From: a virus
Taxonomy: Duplodnaviria; Caudoviricetes
Virus record (IMG/VR): IMGVR_UViG_3300025864_000016
Span: 1 to 62,459 of that record
Reading direction: 5' to 3' (one strand)
Length of the DNA: 62,459 bases
Every line of letters starts with the position of its first letter. Position 1 is the stretch's first letter. Both the position numbers and the translations under genes were made by a program. The notes beneath the pieces are model-generated. The model ran no database searches and had not been told where the DNA came from. It saw only the letters and a program-made list of their open reading frames with translations. Shown here piece after piece: positions 1 to 10,449 of the stretch.

Positions 1-127
1 AAGATGAAGAGGTGCTTGCCGCGTTTAGAATTGCTGCTAAACAATTGGACATAGACAAAGCATCACAAGCAGTGAAGGACAAACTCTTTTGGGAAGCTGA
101 CGCGAAATTGCAAGGCAATGCAGACCG
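1..127. repeat. Terminal overlap identical to 62333-62459 (circular assembly)
   Basis: Exact 127-nt identity. The tape-measure ORF reads in frame across the junction. Confidence 0.95.
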
Positions 128-1430
128 AAAGAATGCCGGTATTCAGCAAATCCATTTTGCAATCGATGACGCCACTCGTGCCGACGCAACGTTGCGAAGA
201 CTGGCTGAAATCGCATATGGATATACTAAAGCAGACCGTGCCGCCGCCGCATATAACCGTAGCGTAAGCGATATGGGGGAGATTCAATCAAAGGCAAGTT
301 CAGTCATCGCTGATGCTATCGGGGGTATTTATGCCGCACAGATGGCAATGCAGGATAAATTGGCAGCAAACGGAATTGCCAAAGCACAGGAAATAGAGGC
401 AATACGAGTTAAGACAGAGCGAGATATTGCCGCGTTAGGTGTTGGCCCTGACGTATTGATAAATACTAACAAGCTCAATGAAGAGGCTAATGCTGCATAC
501 GATGAAATTCAGGCGCGGTTCAGCAAGGAAGCTATCCTCGTTAAACTCGACTTCCAGAAGTCGGCAATAGAGGATGCAAAGAAGGCACTACTCGATAGCG
601 TGTCTGGCCTCGACTTCAAGGATGCGCGTTGGCAAAAGGGGTTCAAGGCTGGCTTGGATGCCGGTATGATAAAGGCGTTCGGATTGATGGGCGGAGACCC
701 CAAACTGGTTGCCGAGGGGTCAAAGAACGGCGATTGGGGCGCGTTAATTAAAGGATTTACCGGGGCGCAAAACATGGCCGGGATGATAAACGGTACGGGG
801 GCCAAAGGTGGGGCTACAGCATTTGCAGGAGCAAATACTACGGCACTAGGGGCAAACACTACAGCCTTAAATCATGTAGCAACAGCACTAGGCTATCTTT
901 TTACTACTCAGAATATGATTATTAAAGGCGAGCGACATATACAGGGGCCAGACGACGTATGGAAAGTAACCCCATTGCCACCGCAGCAGATAGGTATAAA
1001 ACCTTATACTTCCCATCGAGGAATCCCAGAGGCGGAAATACCTGCAAAACCAGCATCAGGCATTGCATCAATGGCGGAATGGTTCTTAAAGAAAATAGCG
1101 GACTCAAATGCTGAACAGGCACTAGCGAAAAGGTTGCGTAACCCAATCCCCCCTGCATTTATGGGATTGCCGAACCTTTCTCCTCCACGTAGTCTGTTGT
1201 CGCAACTCATGCCGTCACTAAACGGTGGGTTCAACGGGCCGCAACTCGCTATGGCAGGAGCAGGCGTGGGCGGTGGGCAAACCGTCATTGTTATTAATGA
1301 CTCGACACTTGCCGATGTTCGCATACGCGGGCAGGCAATCAAAGTACTGCAGGAAGATAGGCGTGCAGCGGCGTCGGGGTTCATAGGCCCAAGCAATAAC
1401 GACGGGCGCAGAATCGGCGGCGCGAAGTAA
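1..1430 (+). CDS. Tape measure protein, C-terminal part (continues from 58168)
   Basis: ORF 12..1430 is in frame with the ORF starting at 58168 across the overlap; Ala-rich helical sequence. Confidence 0.9.
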   Translation, partial: DEEVLAAFRIAAKQLDIDKASQAVKDKLFWEADAKLQGNADRKNAGIQQIHFAIDDATRADATLRRLAEIAYGYTKADRAAAAYNRSVSDMGEIQSKASSVIADAIGGIYAAQMAMQDKLAANGIAKAQEIEAIRVKTERDIAALGVGPDVLINTNKLNEEANAAYDEIQARFSKEAILVKLDFQKSAIEDAKKALLDSVSGLDFKDARWQKGFKAGLDAGMIKAFGLMGGDPKLVAEGSKNGDWGALIKGFTGAQNMAGMINGTGAKGGATAFAGANTTALGANTTALNHVATALGYLFTTQNMIIKGERHIQGPDDVWKVTPLPPQQIGIKPYTSHRGIPEAEIPAKPASGIASMAEWFLKKIADSNAEQALAKRLRNPIPPAFMGLPNLSPPRSLLSQLMPSLNGGFNGPQLAMAGAGVGGGQTVIVINDSTLADVRIRGQAIKVLQEDRRAAASGFIGPSNNDGRRIGGAK

Positions 1431-1522
1431 CTAAAACGTATGTACTTAGTAACAAGTACCTACACTTTGTAAACAGCATGTTGCCGAAACGGATTTCAGG
1501 AACACCTTCAGGGGGAACAATA

Positions 1523-1945
1523 ATGTCGCTAGACCCAAAGTTTATGAGCAGTTTCGGTTCCCAGTTTGGCGAAGCTGTTGTCGCCTACTGCGATCCAGCT
1601 GACCATAAAATGTATATCAAGTTCGATGCAGAGACGGCTATCCCCGTGAACACAGGTACAATTGCGTCACCTGTATACCTCACATTCACGGGTACATCAC
1701 CGGACAGGGATGTTACCATTTTCGAGGATGTTATTGACCAATTTTACCTCGTATATCAGGATAACGCACTAGCAACAATAACGTTAAGGTCCAAGGACAG
1801 GGGCGCGACATGGGTTATATGGACTACACAGGCATCAGGGGCTACGGTGGTTACAGGGACTCCAGATGTTGCAGGGGTTAATACAGCCACTATTGTTGTT
1901 GTTAACACCCCCCCTGTTACAGGTATCCAGTACGCCACGGAATGA
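1523..1945 (+). CDS. Putative virion/tail protein with one Asp-box
   Basis: RBS GGGGGA before ATG 1523; SKDRGATW motif; lies directly after the TMP. Confidence 0.6.
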   Translation: MSLDPKFMSSFGSQFGEAVVAYCDPADHKMYIKFDAETAIPVNTGTIASPVYLTFTGTSPDRDVTIFEDVIDQFYLVYQDNALATITLRSKDRGATWVIWTTQASGATVVTGTPDVAGVNTATIVVVNTPPVTGIQYATE

Positions 1946-2136
1946 CCTAACCAGCTTGTTCGCCGACGGTGTGTTCCCCCTTCGCACCGTCGGTGGGCAA
2001 TATCATTATTATACCAAAGGGGGGCTATTCCTTCATCATTCGGGCGGTATTAGCCCGTTATCGGCATAATATCGGTAATATCGTAAGATTTATCGGCAAT
2101 GCCATAACATTGTCGTAAGATTACACATCTTCATAC

Positions 2137-2165
2137 TTGACAGAATCCTCCGCTAGTGCTACTCT
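2137..2165 (+). promoter_or_regulatory. sigma70-type promoter
   Basis: TTGACA-17-TACTCT with extended TG. Confidence 0.6.
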
Positions 2166-2189
2166 TTTATCAGAAAGGGAGGATTGAAC

Positions 2190-4652
2190 ATGAACAACAT
2201 CACATGGGGCGCACGTGCCCTCACAATGGCCATTACGTGCATCGTAGCACTATGGGGGACTACCACTATGGCACTCGGAGCACCGACAGCAACAAATAAC
2301 CTGTATGAGGTAGCCCCTGTCTCTGAACTGTTGCCGGGACCTACCGATGGTATTACTAGGGCGGGAGCGACATTCTCATACAGCCGAGATGGGGAAGGTT
2401 TTATATTTCCAGTCGCTACAGCAGACGACGACATTGCCGGACTTATGGGCAACGACCTATTAAAATCGGTACAGCTGGAAGCGTATTCTGACAAGGATAT
2501 TCAAACCGACGCCGCACTGTCTGACTTTACGGAGTCAACCGACGGTACTGCATACTCACTTGTCACCCCGATAAGTCAATCGGGTAATGTCAACCATAAG
2601 TGGTTGCGCAACAAAGATGCGTCTTTCGGGTATGGGGATAAGACATTAACGGGCGATGCGACACATAGGACATATGGCGTGGCCGGGGCCGGGAATACAT
2701 TTCAATCAAATTCCTGCTTGCGTATCGGCTTGCAGTTCGCCACACCACCGCTTGGAACTGTTGATGCAGGCCCACCAGTTATTACGGGTATGCAGGCACC
2801 CACTGTCTCTTTCACTATGGCAGCTATACCTGCTGATGGGTTTGACATTTATCCGTCACCGCAGGTCAATGTTAGTTGGAACAGCGATGGACTTACGCTT
2901 TCTTATTCAAAATTTACTTTTGAAGGATTTGAGACACTATATACGAAACACAACAAGTGGGAAGCTGACGACTGGAGCAAAACTGTCGGCCCGGCCACCT
3001 ACTACTGCGATTGGCGGATAACTGACCGCGTAATTTACTTCTATCATGGCGCAACTGGCAAAGTGTATACTTTGAGCGTGTATGACAAAACAAATGCCGG
3101 GGCATCTCCTGCTGATAGGTTTCAAGTAAAGACTTACACTGTCAATGCGTCATTTACAAATGCCGGTGCCTTTGCATTCAACGTTTCGCAGCAACTATTC
3201 CATACTGAAGGCACATTCAAAACCGACTGGATGACACTGTCTCGTGAGACTACCACTGCAGAAACACCCGTATTGACGGCATGGCCTACAGGTTCGACAG
3301 ACTATCTCAACCTGCAGATAGAGGGCGACCAGCCGTTTGTGCGGGACGGCAATCGGGAACGTTATAACATTCGGATGACAGCTACTTACCCAGATAGTGG
3401 GCACTTACCCGACGGCACAACACAGGCGGCGTGGAACCCGTGCCCATTAGAAGTATTCCATGTTGACTATCCGAGCGACTGGCCTGCACTTGAGGGTTAC
3501 GATGGCACATCTTTCGGTACGGCCATAGCCAAGTGCGAGGAGACAGGCAACGAAGACCCACTGAGCCGTTCAATGTCGTTCGACTTGCAATTGAGTGACC
3601 CCACTATTGAAGCGGCGCAACCGGCATATGACGGCCTACCGTGGTATCGGCAAGTTGTAGCTATTAACTTCATGCAAGTAGGGACACCTAGCGTACTACG
3701 ACTTACTGCTTTCACTAATAGCATAGATGAGCCGGTGTTCACCGCTAACGGCAATGAGCACACAGTGAGAATCAACGCCGTGTCACAGGCAATGCTTTGG
3801 TCGAAGCAATCCATGATGGGTTGCAAGCCTTTATGGGGGATGACGATTCAGACGGCGGTAGAGACGATACTCGATTACCTTGGGATACACCCCGACAGGG
3901 TAGACACTTCCGGCGTAACTGCAAGTATCACCATAGAGGATCCACTTTTCAGCTACGATGAATCAAAGTACGGTACGCAGATGGGGAATATGGATGGCCT
4001 GCGTCTTATCAAGGATTTAGTCTATGACTACGGATGCGTACTGCAAGACCGTGGCAACCCTACCGTAAACATGAGCGGGTTTTACCTTGTCCCCAAACCT
4101 GTAGCAAAAACTGGTGGCGCAATTTTAGCACTTCCGTTAATCACAGACGACACACCGGCCACGGGTGATGAGACCTTCAGCACGCTGAGTTTCAGAAGGA
4201 ATTGCACAGAAGCCTATACGGGGATTATAGTGTCAGCTACCGATTCGGCAGGGAAAACCATTACTGCATCTGCCAACGTGACAAGCCCGCAATTACCGTT
4301 CCCACAGGTGTTGCATATCGACTTATCCCAAGCCACTTCGGAGCAGCAGAAGGCACTTGGCCTATGGAACCGGGGAAGAGTCGTTACGCAGGTGCAACTC
4401 AACGAAATCGCAAAGCACGAGCTTAGGTGGGTTTCGCAAGGTCGCAATGAGTTGATTGTTAAGAACACCGCCTATGGGCTAAATACGCTCTATAGCGGCG
4501 ACCTAGTGCGCGTTACAAGCGCGAAACTTGGTTACACAAACGAACAATTCCAGGTCGTGAATATCAATATCACGCATGACAGCAAGGAGCTAGGGTTTAA
4601 GTATCCCGAAACCACTCTGACACTTCGAGCGCCGGACCCCACCGTCGAATAA
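2190..4652 (+). CDS. Tail tip/baseplate hub-like protein (alternative start 2268)
   Basis: About 820 aa, beta-rich, between TMP and fibre; C-terminal 'GDLVRV...FQVVNINITHD' typical of hub proteins. Confidence 0.65.
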   Translation: MNNITWGARALTMAITCIVALWGTTTMALGAPTATNNLYEVAPVSELLPGPTDGITRAGATFSYSRDGEGFIFPVATADDDIAGLMGNDLLKSVQLEAYSDKDIQTDAALSDFTESTDGTAYSLVTPISQSGNVNHKWLRNKDASFGYGDKTLTGDATHRTYGVAGAGNTFQSNSCLRIGLQFATPPLGTVDAGPPVITGMQAPTVSFTMAAIPADGFDIYPSPQVNVSWNSDGLTLSYSKFTFEGFETLYTKHNKWEADDWSKTVGPATYYCDWRITDRVIYFYHGATGKVYTLSVYDKTNAGASPADRFQVKTYTVNASFTNAGAFAFNVSQQLFHTEGTFKTDWMTLSRETTTAETPVLTAWPTGSTDYLNLQIEGDQPFVRDGNRERYNIRMTATYPDSGHLPDGTTQAAWNPCPLEVFHVDYPSDWPALEGYDGTSFGTAIAKCEETGNEDPLSRSMSFDLQLSDPTIEAAQPAYDGLPWYRQVVAINFMQVGTPSVLRLTAFTNSIDEPVFTANGNEHTVRINAVSQAMLWSKQSMMGCKPLWGMTIQTAVETILDYLGIHPDRVDTSGVTASITIEDPLFSYDESKYGTQMGNMDGLRLIKDLVYDYGCVLQDRGNPTVNMSGFYLVPKPVAKTGGAILALPLITDDTPATGDETFSTLSFRRNCTEAYTGIIVSATDSAGKTITASANVTSPQLPFPQVLHIDLSQATSEQQKALGLWNRGRVVTQVQLNEIAKHELRWVSQGRNELIVKNTAYGLNTLYSGDLVRVTSAKLGYTNEQFQVVNINITHDSKELGFKYPETTLTLRAPDPTVE

Positions 4653-4681
4653 CCCTACCCGCAACTACATAAACCACGCAT

Positions 4682-4709
4682 GGCCACTCCTTTGGGGGTG
4701 GCCTTTTCT
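4682..4709 (+). terminator. Intrinsic terminator
   Basis: GGCCACTCC-TTTG-GGGGTGGCC followed by TTTTCT. Confidence 0.65.
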
Positions 4710-4723
4710 ATGGGGGAACTTCA

Positions 4724-7700
4724 ATGCCAACGCAGATTCCAGACACTCAAAGACCTTCAACGATGGATAAGAACGGCTATGGGGCAATCCTTAATCGCAT
4801 TATTGACGCCTTTAATGGCCCCTTCGCCAACCTCGCGAATGACCCTGCAACCACGACAGATTTGACATGGGGGTATCAGGCGGGCGATGTAGGAGGGGTA
4901 ACAGTTCCCGCTGGCACCATCGGTTTAACGGATAACTCCGTCAATTATGTTTATGTGGATACAACGTCGGGCGTAGTTTCGGCGAACACAGTGGGCTTCC
5001 CCCCCGGCGCACATACATCGCCATTAGCAACAGTGACAACAGCAGGCGGTGTAATAACCACTTTTACCGATATGCGTTCGTGGTTAGGCGGGACGCCGGT
5101 AACAAAACTGGCAGAATTGTCCGATGTGGCGATAACCAGCCCCGTTGCGGACGACATGCTGTTGTGGGATGATGATTTAGAGCAGTGGGTAAATGCGCCA
5201 TATGTGGACGGGTTCTATAACTCCAATGTTGACGCGACGCGGCCACCTACTGTCAGGGATGATGCATCTGGTATTGTTACAGCGGCAGGTTGGACTCCGT
5301 TGTCGCCCACTGGTATTGGTATATCGTATGGGCTTTGTTGTTCTTCTAACGGCACGGTGATTTATGCTGGAAAATATACCTCAGGACAGATTCAGAAAAG
5401 CGTCGACGGCGGCGCGAACTGGTCAGACCTGACGGTAGGGTCGTCATTCGCTACAGCGTTTACTATCCACTGCTCGGACTCCGGTGCGGTGGTAGTTGTC
5501 GTCGATACCAGTAATGGAATATATGTTTCAACAGATTCCGGCGCTACATGGATACAACGTCAGACAGGGACACAATGGCAGGACGCAGGGGTATCGGGCG
5601 ACGGGACAAAAATGATTGCCTATCGCGACGGTACAACAGGGTCAGAGGATGGTAAAGGGTGTTATCTCTCAACCGATTCTGGCGCATCATGGAATCTCTC
5701 ATTTGGATATGCCAGGGGGTGGGCGTGTGCTATCTCAGATGATGGCCAGATATTATTCGCAGTTATGCATGTTGACGCTACCAGTGTCACGTCACTGTTG
5801 AAATCATCAAATGGCGGGACTTCATGGACAGTTATTTCGACAGGTGTAGTACTGGGGCCAAACGTGGCATGTTCGGCGAATGGACAGTATATTCAATGGG
5901 GCAACAAATATTCGGACAATTCCGGTGTGTCGTTCATAAACATTTTAACAGGAACGAGTTTCCCGCGTGCTAGTGTCAGTGATGATGGGAAAAATATTGT
6001 ATATACCTATTCATATACTGGCGGTACGTTATATTCTATAAATCTTATCGCAGATGGTTTGACAACATACCCATATCGATTTGACGGTTATGCAACAGCC
6101 GTGGTGGTCTCCGGTGATGGCACGGTATTCTATAGTTTAGCAGGAGCAACTGCCAGTACAGATTTTACCGTTAGAAAATATCACCCTGCTCAGAATGGAA
6201 TCTTTGAAGAGGGAAAATCGGAATGGGTGATGCCGAAATCACTCACGAATCTGATTGAGAGGATATGGCTTTGCATAGACGACACGCCGGGGGCGGCAGT
6301 GTGGGTGGAGTATTATCCGCAGGAAGCATTGGCAATCGGTATCCCCGAAACAATTCACGCGGCCACCACGAAGATGCCTCCGATTGGACCGGATGAGTTC
6401 TGTTTTTGGGATTCGATCACCGGGTTGCTGCGGAAATGCACGTTCACTAACCTTGCAGCGGCGATTCAGACAGTATTTAACACCGTGTTTGCGAAAGTGG
6501 ACCTGTCGAACCTCGGCACTACCGCTGTCAATGCGGATGTCCTGCCCGACGCGAATGACACGCGGTCGCTGGGCACGCTGCTGAAGGCGTGGCTGAATGT
6601 GTACGCGAATAAAACGTACACCAATGTGATCGCTCCTCACGCTGACGGGACGCAGGCTATCCTGCTAACGAAAGCCGACGGCACTACCGTTATTGTCACT
6701 TTCGACAGTACAAACGGCAGGCTAGGGATCGGTGGGCAGCCATTAGAAAAACTGCATGTTATTGACGGAAAAATACAGGTCAGCGGAACTGGGGCAGGGT
6801 TCAAAATCGGCGAAGCGATTCTGCAAAATGGTGCGAATGTCTACCAGTTAAATACATCTGCTCACTTTTCCACAACGGGTTTATTTGCGGTAGGAACCAC
6901 CCCGGTAGCTAATCGCTGTATTAACGTACTGGACAAAAACGACATAGATGTTTCTGCATACCTAGCAGGTCTATTAACTAAAACTGGTGATTATATAACG
7001 TGTATAGTGCCAGGATATTACGTAACCGCAAGGATAACGGCACTTGGTGGGGCGTATTTTAAGGATAAAGTGGGTGTCGGGATAACTTCTCCTACCGCCC
7101 GCGTGGACCCAGCAGCAGGTTCCGCAGGTGCTGGTACTGCGCCATATTGTCTACGCTCTGGAGTGTTGAGTACAGTGCCGGTGGCGGGGGAGTTGAGTGC
7201 AGATAGTGGGTTTGTGTACTGGGTCAATGCGGCTGCGGCGCGACTAAAATTCCTGTTCGCAAACGCGGCGATAACGCCGGGCACCAAAACAAAGATAACC
7301 TACGATGCAAACGGCTTGGTAACGGCGGGGGCAAACGCTACGACCGTTGATATTGCGGATAGCACGGGCAAACGGTACACCCCTGATGTGACGGCTCCGG
7401 CGGCGGGCAATTTGGCCGTACTGGCTGTGGCGAACGGTGAGACGGTGCGGTCGGATAAGTTGTTGTTGGATGCAACCGCGCCTTCCACGCAGGCATTTGG
7501 GGATGCAGGCGCAGCAGGTGTGGCGTTGCAGGCGGCGCGGCGTGACCATAAGCACGCGATGATGGCGGCTCCTACGGCGACAGATTTGGGGTTGGGGTCG
7601 GGATTATCGACAGACATTACTATTGTTGTGGACACGCAATTTAATACCACTACCGGCAACCTTGAACAAAAAACGCAGGCGCTCACGTTTGTAAATGGGA

Positions 7701-7771
7701 TATTAACCGAACAGACAGACGCATCGGCGTGGACAACGGTTCTGGACTGGGCAACGGCATCTTGCACGTAG
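4724..7771 (+). CDS. Tail fibre / receptor-binding protein with BNR/Asp-box beta-propeller
   Basis: Repeated SxDxGxxW boxes (SVDGGANW, STDSGATW, STDSGASW, SSNGGTSW); fibre motifs TKITYDANGLVTAG and AARRDHKH. Confidence 0.8.
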   Translation: MPTQIPDTQRPSTMDKNGYGAILNRIIDAFNGPFANLANDPATTTDLTWGYQAGDVGGVTVPAGTIGLTDNSVNYVYVDTTSGVVSANTVGFPPGAHTSPLATVTTAGGVITTFTDMRSWLGGTPVTKLAELSDVAITSPVADDMLLWDDDLEQWVNAPYVDGFYNSNVDATRPPTVRDDASGIVTAAGWTPLSPTGIGISYGLCCSSNGTVIYAGKYTSGQIQKSVDGGANWSDLTVGSSFATAFTIHCSDSGAVVVVVDTSNGIYVSTDSGATWIQRQTGTQWQDAGVSGDGTKMIAYRDGTTGSEDGKGCYLSTDSGASWNLSFGYARGWACAISDDGQILFAVMHVDATSVTSLLKSSNGGTSWTVISTGVVLGPNVACSANGQYIQWGNKYSDNSGVSFINILTGTSFPRASVSDDGKNIVYTYSYTGGTLYSINLIADGLTTYPYRFDGYATAVVVSGDGTVFYSLAGATASTDFTVRKYHPAQNGIFEEGKSEWVMPKSLTNLIERIWLCIDDTPGAAVWVEYYPQEALAIGIPETIHAATTKMPPIGPDEFCFWDSITGLLRKCTFTNLAAAIQTVFNTVFAKVDLSNLGTTAVNADVLPDANDTRSLGTLLKAWLNVYANKTYTNVIAPHADGTQAILLTKADGTTVIVTFDSTNGRLGIGGQPLEKLHVIDGKIQVSGTGAGFKIGEAILQNGANVYQLNTSAHFSTTGLFAVGTTPVANRCINVLDKNDIDVSAYLAGLLTKTGDYITCIVPGYYVTARITALGGAYFKDKVGVGITSPTARVDPAAGSAGAGTAPYCLRSGVLSTVPVAGELSADSGFVYWVNAAAARLKFLFANAAITPGTKTKITYDANGLVTAGANATTVDIADSTGKRYTPDVTAPAAGNLAVLAVANGETVRSDKLLLDATAPSTQAFGDAGAAGVALQAARRDHKHAMMAAPTATDLGLGSGLSTDITIVVDTQFNTTTGNLEQKTQALTFVNGILTEQTDASAWTTVLDWATASCT

Positions 7772-7784
7772 GAGGGATTGAACG

Positions 7785-8276
7785 ATGGTTAAAATACTCC
7801 TAAAGGGCGGGTTGCCGGTATTTCGCGACGGGGCACTGGTCACTGTGGTAACTGACGCGACGGGGTGCGGGTGTTGCGGGGGCGGTGGGGGGGCGAGTTG
7901 TTCGGACACTCCGGTGTATTTGACTGCGGATACTACGGATGCGGGAACCGCTAATGTGGTGTGCAGTGAGTATGGGTATATCCCGTGGGACCCCTGCCCG
8001 GGGGGAACTATAGCATTAGTTCGAGGGGCTACCTGTCCAGGTGCATATTGGAATAGCACGCCTAGGTATGTATATCTATATTGGGATAGTACAGCAACTG
8101 TGTGGAGAATAGTATTACAGGGTTACAATGATTATGACAATATTGCAGTCTGGTATGGTATAAAAGCCACCGGCAGTGACCCTACGGGTACCTATGTGGT
8201 GGACATAACGGCCTACATAGATTGTGGTACAGCTAATGAAACGACCGGAACGGTGGTGGTGACGGAGACGATATGA
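7785..8276 (+). CDS. Cys-rich tail-associated protein
   Basis: RBS GGAGG; GCGCCGGGGG motif near the N-terminus; follows the fibre gene. Confidence 0.6.
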   Translation: MVKILLKGGLPVFRDGALVTVVTDATGCGCCGGGGGASCSDTPVYLTADTTDAGTANVVCSEYGYIPWDPCPGGTIALVRGATCPGAYWNSTPRYVYLYWDSTATVWRIVLQGYNDYDNIAVWYGIKATGSDPTGTYVVDITAYIDCGTANETTGTVVVTETI

Positions 8277-8605
8277 CAACGGCAGATATTTTTAGCATGT
8301 ATTTCCTCGGCATTGACTACGCCGAAATAACCGACCTCAATAACCGCGCGTCAATTGACGACCTACTACGCACCGGTGAAGCCGGGGTGATGAAGGCATT
8401 GACGGCGAAACGCGCGGCGATGAAGGCGATGATGGCAGGGGGGGGACAATCTGACCCCATCCCCACCATAACGTTGACACTGGCGCAGGAGGCGGAGGCG
8501 GATGCGCTGGCACGGACGATGTATAAATCCGAATTGTGCGCACTTTGCGCCGCACGGCAGGCGATTATCCGGCGCGATATTTTAACAAGGGGGAAAGATG
8601 ACTGA
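8273..8605 (+). CDS. Hypothetical protein (CxxC)
   Basis: ATGA coupling to the upstream gene. Confidence 0.6.
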   Translation: MTTADIFSMYFLGIDYAEITDLNNRASIDDLLRTGEAGVMKALTAKRAAMKAMMAGGGQSDPIPTITLTLAQEAEADALARTMYKSELCALCAARQAIIRRDILTRGKDD

Positions 8606-8876
8606 AATAACAGAAGCGATGCCGGACGTGGTAGTAGCGGAAGAAGCCCGTCCGGTAATAAGCCAGACGGAGATTGACGCGGATACCGGCGAGTTGATTG
8701 TCACAACGATACTGCCGGTGGCAACCTCGGAGACGCGCTACACGCAGGAGTGGCTTGTCGGGCAACGGGCGCAGGTGCAGGAGCAGTTTGACGCACGACA
8801 AGCGGAGTTGACAGAGATTGACGGGTTGCTGGCGCAGTTTGGGTCTCCACTTGAAGCAACACCGCAAAAACCATAA
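8598..8876 (+). CDS. Hypothetical acidic coiled-coil protein
   Basis: RBS AAGGGG; overlapping start. Confidence 0.6.
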   Translation: MTEITEAMPDVVVAEEARPVISQTEIDADTGELIVTTILPVATSETRYTQEWLVGQRAQVQEQFDARQAELTEIDGLLAQFGSPLEATPQKP

Positions 8877-9052
8877 GAAAACCATGTATTTTGCTGTAAA
8901 ACCTCAACTAAAATGGCCTCCAGTCCAATTTTTCTGGTAAAAGTGGCTAAAAAAGCGGAGTATACTAATTATTATACTCTGGAGTATAACCCTACTCGAA
9001 TACCAAATCACTCCAACTCGAATAATTCCCAAAGCAAGAAATAGGAGAAAGT

Positions 9053-9490
9053 ATGTTCACATCATTACCGGCATTTTGGAACCTTTTACTAAGCACCTGC
9101 ACCGTATTATCTGTGACGATAGCAGCAATTGCGTACTTTTGGTCAGCATGGAAAAATGGGGCGATAAAAGGGTCTATAGATGCAATGGCTATCTATCGCA
9201 ACGAACTGGATGCCATTAAATTAACGGTCGACAGACTTCGGGATGAGAACATACAACTGAAAGAGCAAACAGCGCTATTACAGGGGCAAATCAATATTTT
9301 AGAAAAGTTACCGCTAAACGAAATTGCCGTCACCCTTAAAGAGATCGCGCAATCCAACCGTGATCTGATGTCAATAAATCTCAAGGTTTTGGAACGATTG
9401 GATAACGATGCAATAACATTACGCGACGACACCAAACACGTGGCCAACGAAGTCGCGAATGTGAAAACTGACCTGGCAAAGGGGAAATAG
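9053..9490 (+). CDS. Membrane-anchored coiled-coil protein (lysis module, holin-like)
   Basis: N-terminal hydrophobic helix and heptad repeats; RBS AGGAG; precedes the endolysin. Confidence 0.55.
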   Translation: MFTSLPAFWNLLLSTCTVLSVTIAAIAYFWSAWKNGAIKGSIDAMAIYRNELDAIKLTVDRLRDENIQLKEQTALLQGQINILEKLPLNEIAVTLKEIAQSNRDLMSINLKVLERLDNDAITLRDDTKHVANEVANVKTDLAKGK

Positions 9491-9492
9491 GA

Positions 9493-9534
9493 TCCCCCGT
9501 CGCCATTCCACCTTCGCCATTCCCCCGTCGCCAT
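9493..9534. repeat. 3 x 14-bp tandem repeat
   Basis: tcccccgtcgccat / tccaccttcgccat / tcccccgtcgccat. Confidence 0.9.
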
Positions 9535-9624
9535 CCTGGCTATGGGGGACTAAGGGGGGGGTCTCTCGGCCTGATCAGCACGCTGTGTGGCGTGTTATTC
9601 CAATACGCGAAAAGAAGGTAAACT

Positions 9625-10143
9625 ATGAATACGTACTATAACTTGTGCGGTGACGAAATACCGTTCGATCTATCCCCCAACAGTACCTCGCGTACCAAGG
9701 CGGTGACTACCATTGTGCTGCACTCAACCTGCAGTGGACTGGACCCGGCGAAGAGTTTTCACAGTGCGGTCAACTGGTTGCAATCCCCCAAGGCGAAGGC
9801 GTCAGCGCACTTCGTAATTTCTCGAAAATGCGTTGTGGTGCAACTGGTCGATACCGACCGGCAAGCGTGGCACGCGGGGAAATCTCAACTGGATGGGCGC
9901 GTCGGGGTAAATGGGTTTAGTGTCGGCATTGAGATTGACCATATGGACGGCGAAGAGGACTGGCCGATATTGCAAGTGCAGGCCGCCGCCGACCTGTGCC
10001 GGCAACTTGCCGAGGCCTACGGATTGGACTTACAAAATGACGAAACCATCGTCTCGCATGAGCAGATTGCCACGCCTGCTGGGCGAAAAACCGACCCCAT
10101 GGATTTTCCGTGGGACAGGTTTAATCAGTTTCTGGGGCGATAA
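9625..10143 (+). CDS. Endolysin, N-acetylmuramoyl-L-alanine amidase (Amidase_2/AmpD-like)
   Basis: IVLHST, SAHFVI, AWHAG, SVGIE, SHEQIA, RKTDP motifs. Confidence 0.93.
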   Translation: MNTYYNLCGDEIPFDLSPNSTSRTKAVTTIVLHSTCSGLDPAKSFHSAVNWLQSPKAKASAHFVISRKCVVVQLVDTDRQAWHAGKSQLDGRVGVNGFSVGIEIDHMDGEEDWPILQVQAAADLCRQLAEAYGLDLQNDETIVSHEQIATPAGRKTDPMDFPWDRFNQFLGR

Positions 10144-10449
10144 CACAAAATTGATTCTCCGGGAAAAATGTCCTATCGGGATATCGTACTGCAGATATTA
10201 CAATCGGGATATACAGCGGTGTAAAACACTCGGAAAATGTGGGGGCAACAGATGGCTTGGATAAACCGTGCGCTGACAGTGCCAGAGTCAGTGCGGAAAC
10301 TACAAATAGGAAAAGCGCTGGGCAGGATGTTCACACTACCAGCAAATACTAAGTCAGTCATAGCACTGGCGGGCAAAGTTGCTCAAATCTGGCTTGAATA
10401 TCTAATCGACCGTGACCCGGTGACGGGCACAAAAAAGGGAGAAAATCAA

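Noticed and set aside
4724-8276. Diversity-generating retroelement targeting the fibre
   Set aside because: No reverse transcriptase ORF and no TR/VR repeat pair noticed.
9493-9534. Mini CRISPR array
   Set aside because: The 14-bp units are directly tandem with no spacers, and no cas genes are seen.
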